From an uncultured Candidatus Peribacteria bacterium (lineage in GTDB: Bacteria; Patescibacteriota; Gracilibacteria; Peribacterales; Peribacteraceae), in contig CAZHQF010000002.1 in NCBI GenBank assembly GCA_964534205.1, positions 64,488 through 128,487 on the forward strand: a DNA stretch of 64,000 nucleotides, written 5' to 3'. This document shows, one piece after another, positions 61,994-64,000 of the stretch (positions are counted from its first letter, which is position 1; every line of letters starts with the position of its first letter). Below the pieces are notes generated by a model. It saw nothing but the letters and a program-made list of their open reading frames with translations, had not been told where the DNA came from and ran no database searches. The translations under genes were made by a program, and so were the position numbers.

Positions 61994-63208
61994 ATGAAGA
62001 TCGCCTTCTTCAGCGATACGTTCCTCCCGCAGGTGAACGGCGTGGCCACGTCGCTGGCCAATTTTGCGCGCGAGCTCGGTGAGCAGGGGCATGAGGTGCT
62101 CATCGTCACCCCGCGCGTGAAGGTGGAAGGACCTGCATTCACCGCGAAGAATGTGGAAGTCGTGCATCTGCCGTCGCTCCCTGCGCTCGTGTATCCCACG
62201 TTCCGCATGAGTCCGGTGATGGGCTTTCCGCGCGCGTACGCCGCAGTGAAGGCGTTTGATCCGGATGTCATTCACTTCCACACCACGCTCTCGGTGTGTA
62301 TGGACGCATTGCTCATTGCGCGCATGCTCAAAAAGCCGCTGGTCGGCACCTATCACATCTACCTCACCCCCCGGAACAACGAATACCTCTCGTTCATCGC
62401 ACCCAATCCGTTCTTCCGGAAGTTCGCGACGTCGCTCGTGCTCAATGTCTCCCTGCCCTTCTACCGCGCGTGCGACATTGCTCTCGCACCGTCGCATCTG
62501 CTCTGCGACGAACTCAGGGCCTGCAACGTGCGCCCGGACTTTCACTACCTTCCCAATGCCGTGCCGGATTTCTCCGTGCACACTCCGAGTGATGAGGAGC
62601 GCAAACGCCTCAAGGAGAAGTATGGACTCAAAAAAAACGTGATCCTCCACATCGGCAGATTATCCGCTGAAAAGTGTGTCGATGACGTTGTCCGGTCGTT
62701 CGCACTCGTCTGCAAACAGCTGCCGGATTCCACACTCCTCATCGTGGGCGAAGGCCCGCATCGCGCTGCACTGGAATCACTCGTCGCCGAATTCGGGCTC
62801 CAGGACAACGTGCACTTCACCGGTTTCCTGCCTCCGTCCGAGCTCTTTGCATCGGGTCTTCCTGCCGTCGCTGATGTATTTGCAACCGCGAGCACGATGG
62901 AGAGCCAGGGCATGGTCGTGGTGGAAGCGATGACCGTGGGTCTCCCGGTCGTTGCTGCGCGTGGGGGTGCTGTCCCCGAGGTTCTTGGGAATGCGGGTCT
63001 ACTCGGCGAGAAGGGGGATCTCCAGGCGATGGCCGATGCATTGATCAAGATCCTCAGTGACGATGTCCTGAGGAAAGATCAGCAGCGCTTGTCGCTTGAG
63101 CGTCGCAGGGAATTTACCATCGGCAACGTGACACGGCGGCTCGTTGCCTACTACGAAGAAGCGATACGTATGCGCACGACAGAGTCGGTGCACGCTATTT
63201 CCCGCTGA
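61994..63208 (+). CDS. GT-B fold glycosyltransferase (family 4-like)
   Basis: MKIAFFSDTFLPQVNGVATS...HEVLIVTP. C-terminal FATASTMESQGMVVVEAM (E-x7-E region). Confidence 0.85.
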   Translation: MKIAFFSDTFLPQVNGVATSLANFARELGEQGHEVLIVTPRVKVEGPAFTAKNVEVVHLPSLPALVYPTFRMSPVMGFPRAYAAVKAFDPDVIHFHTTLSVCMDALLIARMLKKPLVGTYHIYLTPRNNEYLSFIAPNPFFRKFATSLVLNVSLPFYRACDIALAPSHLLCDELRACNVRPDFHYLPNAVPDFSVHTPSDEERKRLKEKYGLKKNVILHIGRLSAEKCVDDVVRSFALVCKQLPDSTLLIVGEGPHRAALESLVAEFGLQDNVHFTGFLPPSELFASGLPAVADVFATASTMESQGMVVVEAMTVGLPVVAARGGAVPEVLGNAGLLGEKGDLQAMADALIKILSDDVLRKDQQRLSLERRREFTIGNVTRRLVAYYEEAIRMRTTESVHAISR

Positions 63209-63926
63209 GTGTTGTGAGCGTCACGTTCTCGCGCCCGAGGACTACGGATTGCACGAATGTCTTTGCGTATTCACCCATGCCTTTGAGGAGGCTTTCCTCA
63301 AACCGTCTGCCTGAGGTGACGGGCATGGCATTGAGCATGCGCACTTTGCCGATCTGCCGCACACGGAGCGTGAGGAGCATGTCTTCCTGCGCATCGGAGA
63401 GGGGATCAAAGCCGCCGCTGCGTTCGTAGACGCTTCTGCGGATCCCGAAGTTGAAGCCGTTGAGACACGTGAATCCTGTTATGCCGTACATTGTGCGAAT
63501 GCAGGCCCAGGAGCCGTAGGTGAGGAAGGTGTTCTTCCACCTGGTGCAATCCTCGATGCGCCCGATATTCGTGAAGGCTGCCACATCCGGTTGCGTCCGG
63601 AATGCGTCCACATACGTCTGTACCCAGTGCGGGGGCACAACCGTATCGGCGTCGGTGGAGAGGATGAATTCTCCATTCGCTTTTCCGAAGCCGGTCTTCC
63701 TCGCTCTCCCCCTGCCGCCGCGGTGCTCGCGGACAATCGTCAGCCTCAAGCTCTTCAAAAATGACCGGGCTACCCGCACGGTCTGATCCGTACTGCCATT
63801 ATCCACAACAATCACTTCAAAAGCAGCGCTCGTTTTTTGCTGCGACAGTGCCTGTAGGCAGCGGGCAAGGCGACGCTCTTCGTTCTTCGCCGGAATGACA
63901 ACAGAGACAGTGAGTGGCTGTGTCAT
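63195..63926 (-). CDS. GT-A fold glycosyltransferase (family 2)
   Basis: VSVVIPAKNEERRLARCLQAL...EVIVVDNGSTDQT...STDADTVVP. Confidence 0.85.
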   Translation of the reverse strand: MTQPLTVSVVIPAKNEERRLARCLQALSQQKTSAAFEVIVVDNGSTDQTVRVARSFLKSLRLTIVREHRGGRGRARKTGFGKANGEFILSTDADTVVPPHWVQTYVDAFRTQPDVAAFTNIGRIEDCTRWKNTFLTYGSWACIRTMYGITGFTCLNGFNFGIRRSVYERSGGFDPLSDAQEDMLLTLRVRQIGKVRMLNAMPVTSGRRFEESLLKGMGEYAKTFVQSVVLGRENVTLTTLSGK

Positions 63927-64000
63927 GCGCTGAGGTGGGGGAAGCCCTGGGCGCGTGAGGGATCACTCCATCTCGTACTTGCCCAGATGATCCTTGAGGA

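Noticed and set aside
63960-64000. Possible 3' end of another minus-strand gene at the window edge
   Set aside because: Only about 40 nt are available, which is too short to support any call.

Overview
This is a 64-kb, high-GC (roughly 55-60% by eye) bacterial chromosomal segment. The backbone is housekeeping: rpoC (with no rpoB upstream in the window), rpsL-rpsG, fusA, class II ribonucleotide reductase nrdJ, ychF, ribD, rpsB-tsf, glyQS, rpsU, gyrB, a P-type cation ATPase, and a split, permuted F1Fo ATP synthase cluster (atpD-atpC, then atpZ, an antisense gene, then atpB-E-F-H-A-G). Between these lies a dense set of envelope and surface genes. One Cys-rich CGNG..E.CDDGN module occurs in three architectures: a giant low-complexity surface protein, a tandem-array protein, and a type IV pilin fusion. 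Three SLH-bearing exoproteins are present: an SLH-sortase fusion, an SLH-TIMP-like protein and an SLH-like S41 protease. There are also a PrsW-like protease, several lipoproteins and small membrane proteins, an ECF sigma/anti-sigma/receiver module, a REP-associated tyrosine transposase flanked by two 74-bp repeats, an orphan VirD4/TraD-like ATPase divergent from a two-HKD PLD protein, and two glycosyltransferases. The non-coding DNA is the most unusual part. Several families of hairpins and spacers are built from stuttered short words (GAATCC, CTAATT, CAGT, CTATTCCCTAAT). Near-consensus sigma70-type promoters (TTGACA / TAGAAT, TACAAT, TGCTATAGT) often sit 6-12 nt from the ATG. Many housekeeping start codons are preceded by a pyrimidine CCTCC-like tract instead of a purine Shine-Dalgarno. 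I recognised no rRNA, tRNA, CRISPR array, integrase, phage gene or known defence system. Lineage cannot be assigned from this window. All homology calls rest on motifs I recognised by eye in the translated ORFs, not on searches.
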